Assembly: GCF_002105155.1 (NCBI RefSeq)
Contig: NW_019028992.1
Coordinates: 682,001-746,000, forward strand
DNA length: 64,000 bases
Source: Lobosporangium transversale
Taxonomy: Eukaryota
Reading direction: 5' to 3'
A program made the translations under genes and the position numbers. The notes beneath the pieces are model-generated. The model saw only the letters and a program-made list of their open reading frames with translations, was not told the DNA's origin and searched no databases. Positions 62,491 through 64,000 of this stretch are shown here, piece after piece; position 1 is the stretch's first letter; each line of letters begins with the position of its first letter.

Positions 62491-63958
62491 TTAGTCGGTA
62501 GTTCCTTCGACCTTCTGATTGATTTCAAAGAGACGAACTTGGTGCATAGATGGGAGTTTTGCAATCAGATTAATCACAGTGGCCACCAGATTAACAAAGA
62601 AAGCGAAGGGTGCATAGTGAGTGTAATGGGTGCTGAGCAAGAACCTTTTTTTAGATAAAAAAAAAAAAAAAAAAAAAAAAAAAGTGTCAAATGGCTTTTC
62701 CTTTGAGTTACAAGTAATAACATGGCAAGTTGGAAATCCTGCGGCAAAGAGTTGACTTTGCTCCTGAATGGCGTAGAGCCTCCACAACAAGATCAAGTGT
62801 GGGAATTGGTGCGCAATGCGCAACGTGCTATCTTGTTCTGCGATTGTCCAAATCTATGACTGCGCTCTTTTCTTTTTTTGACATACGGTTCCATTAGTTT
62901 CAGGTCTGCCTTGTCCTGCAAATGATAGCCGTCAGTATAAAAATAAAATTCTGGAATTGAGCAATCCTGTAACGCATCAAATCTCATAGCTCTTCCTGAT
63001 CCACTTATAGCTGACCCATGCATAGTTGATTTTCAAAAAGAGTCATGTCTCACTTACAAAACGATGGGCACCGTGGTTAAATACTTTCTCGTTGCCGTGA
63101 ACTGAACACCTCCATCGATCTGTTCCCACAGAGTAATTCCATCATATGCTCCTTGAGTGAAGATCTCGAATGGCACGCCTGTTACTGCATGGAACATAAT
63201 ATAGCTTCCCTATAAATGTAGCAATCAAATAAACAAAGAGGCAAAAAATGTTAGAAAAGGGTATAATACCACGCGATAGAACAAAGTCTAATAACAAGAT
63301 AAGAAAAAAAAAAAAAAAAAAAAAAGTCGATTCTGAGATAAACTAGGATGCCCTCTCTCGCCCCTTCTTCCCAAGGAGTAAAATGGTAAAAGTAGTTTGG
63401 AGATACTTTGATTTTTTTTTTTTCCCGACCAGTATCCACGGGGGCACATCTTCTCTGTTCACTCGGACAAATCCATATTCCATGATCGACCTGAACCCTT
63501 AGTCCTGTCCAATCTAGTCCAGATTTCGAATGTCTGGTACACAGCTTAATAACAGAGCCATTTTTTTTTTTTTTGTTGGTCAATTCCTTCCTTGCAATAT
63601 TCACGAAGTATATGACAATAAGCTGAAAAAAAAAAAAAAAAAAAAAAAGTCGGGGCTCCTGAATCGTATTACTCGATTTGGGCACCTGACCCATTAAATT
63701 TGCTCCCAGATAAAAATAATGTATCCAAGTTGGGATATAGAAAAGCGAGAGAAAAAAAAGCTCTCTCAATAAATGGAAAGCCAATAAAGAACGAACAACA
63801 AATAGGAAAAAAAATAAAAAAAAAAGTTGAATATGAAAAATTTACAATGTTGTAGGTGAGGTTGGTGAGGGTCCAGCTCAGTTCAGGTGAGATGCCTGGG
63901 ATGATGTTGAAGATGAACTTGAGAAAGACAATCAGGATAATGTTGGTTAACCAAGCAC
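62491..63958 (-). CDS. ORM1: ORMDL/Orm sphingolipid-synthesis regulator (5' end beyond window); exons 63958-63846, 63209-63058, 62644-62491
   Basis: GAWLTNIILI..SWTLTNLTYNI-GSYIMFHAVTGVPFE..QGAYDGITLWEQIDGGVQFTATRKYLTTVPIVL-FLLSTHYTHY..IAKLPSMHQVRLF. Confidence 0.95.
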
Positions 63959-64000
63959 CTATTAATTTTGAACACCATTCCAGTTAATGTCAGGATGCAA

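Noticed and set aside
4779..63784. Numerous short ORFs containing poly-F or poly-K
   Set aside because: Translations of intronic/intergenic poly(T)/poly(A) runs or antisense shadows of real genes.

Overview
Eukaryotic, intron-rich fungal DNA (GT-AG introns, very frequent ~20-30 nt poly(A)/poly(T) runs). Protein style, especially an RNI-like LRR family and REase-like orphan families, points to Mortierellaceae (Mucoromycota s.l.); this taxonomic call is inference. The backbone is housekeeping genes: NDC80, SDH8/SDHAF4, LSC1, RPE1, a makorin-like E3, RPS19, RPL15, PRE9, XKS1, PAC1/PSMG1, NAG1, RPS22/RPS15A and a 5'-truncated ORM1. Transposon and pseudogene debris lies between them: a Tc1/mariner transposase end, a gag-only LTR-like relic, an LRR pseudogene, a Crinkler-like relic and a MITE-like inverted repeat. 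The most striking locus is ~33.2-38.9 kb: an intronless secreted multi-core peptide precursor (signal peptide + 8 copies of [Q/L]YAGG[Q/S]RYRPVMNI[E/A]Q + 1 divergent core, separated by acidic EA/EP spacers with no Kex2 dibasic sites), flanked by two homologous ~60-70 aa M[P/S]LFKS microprotein genes. A GT31-like/GT34 fusion glycosyltransferase lies just downstream and a bacterial-type DHA2 MFS exporter ~11 kb upstream. Exon boundaries were read by eye and may be off by a few bases; no database searches were run.
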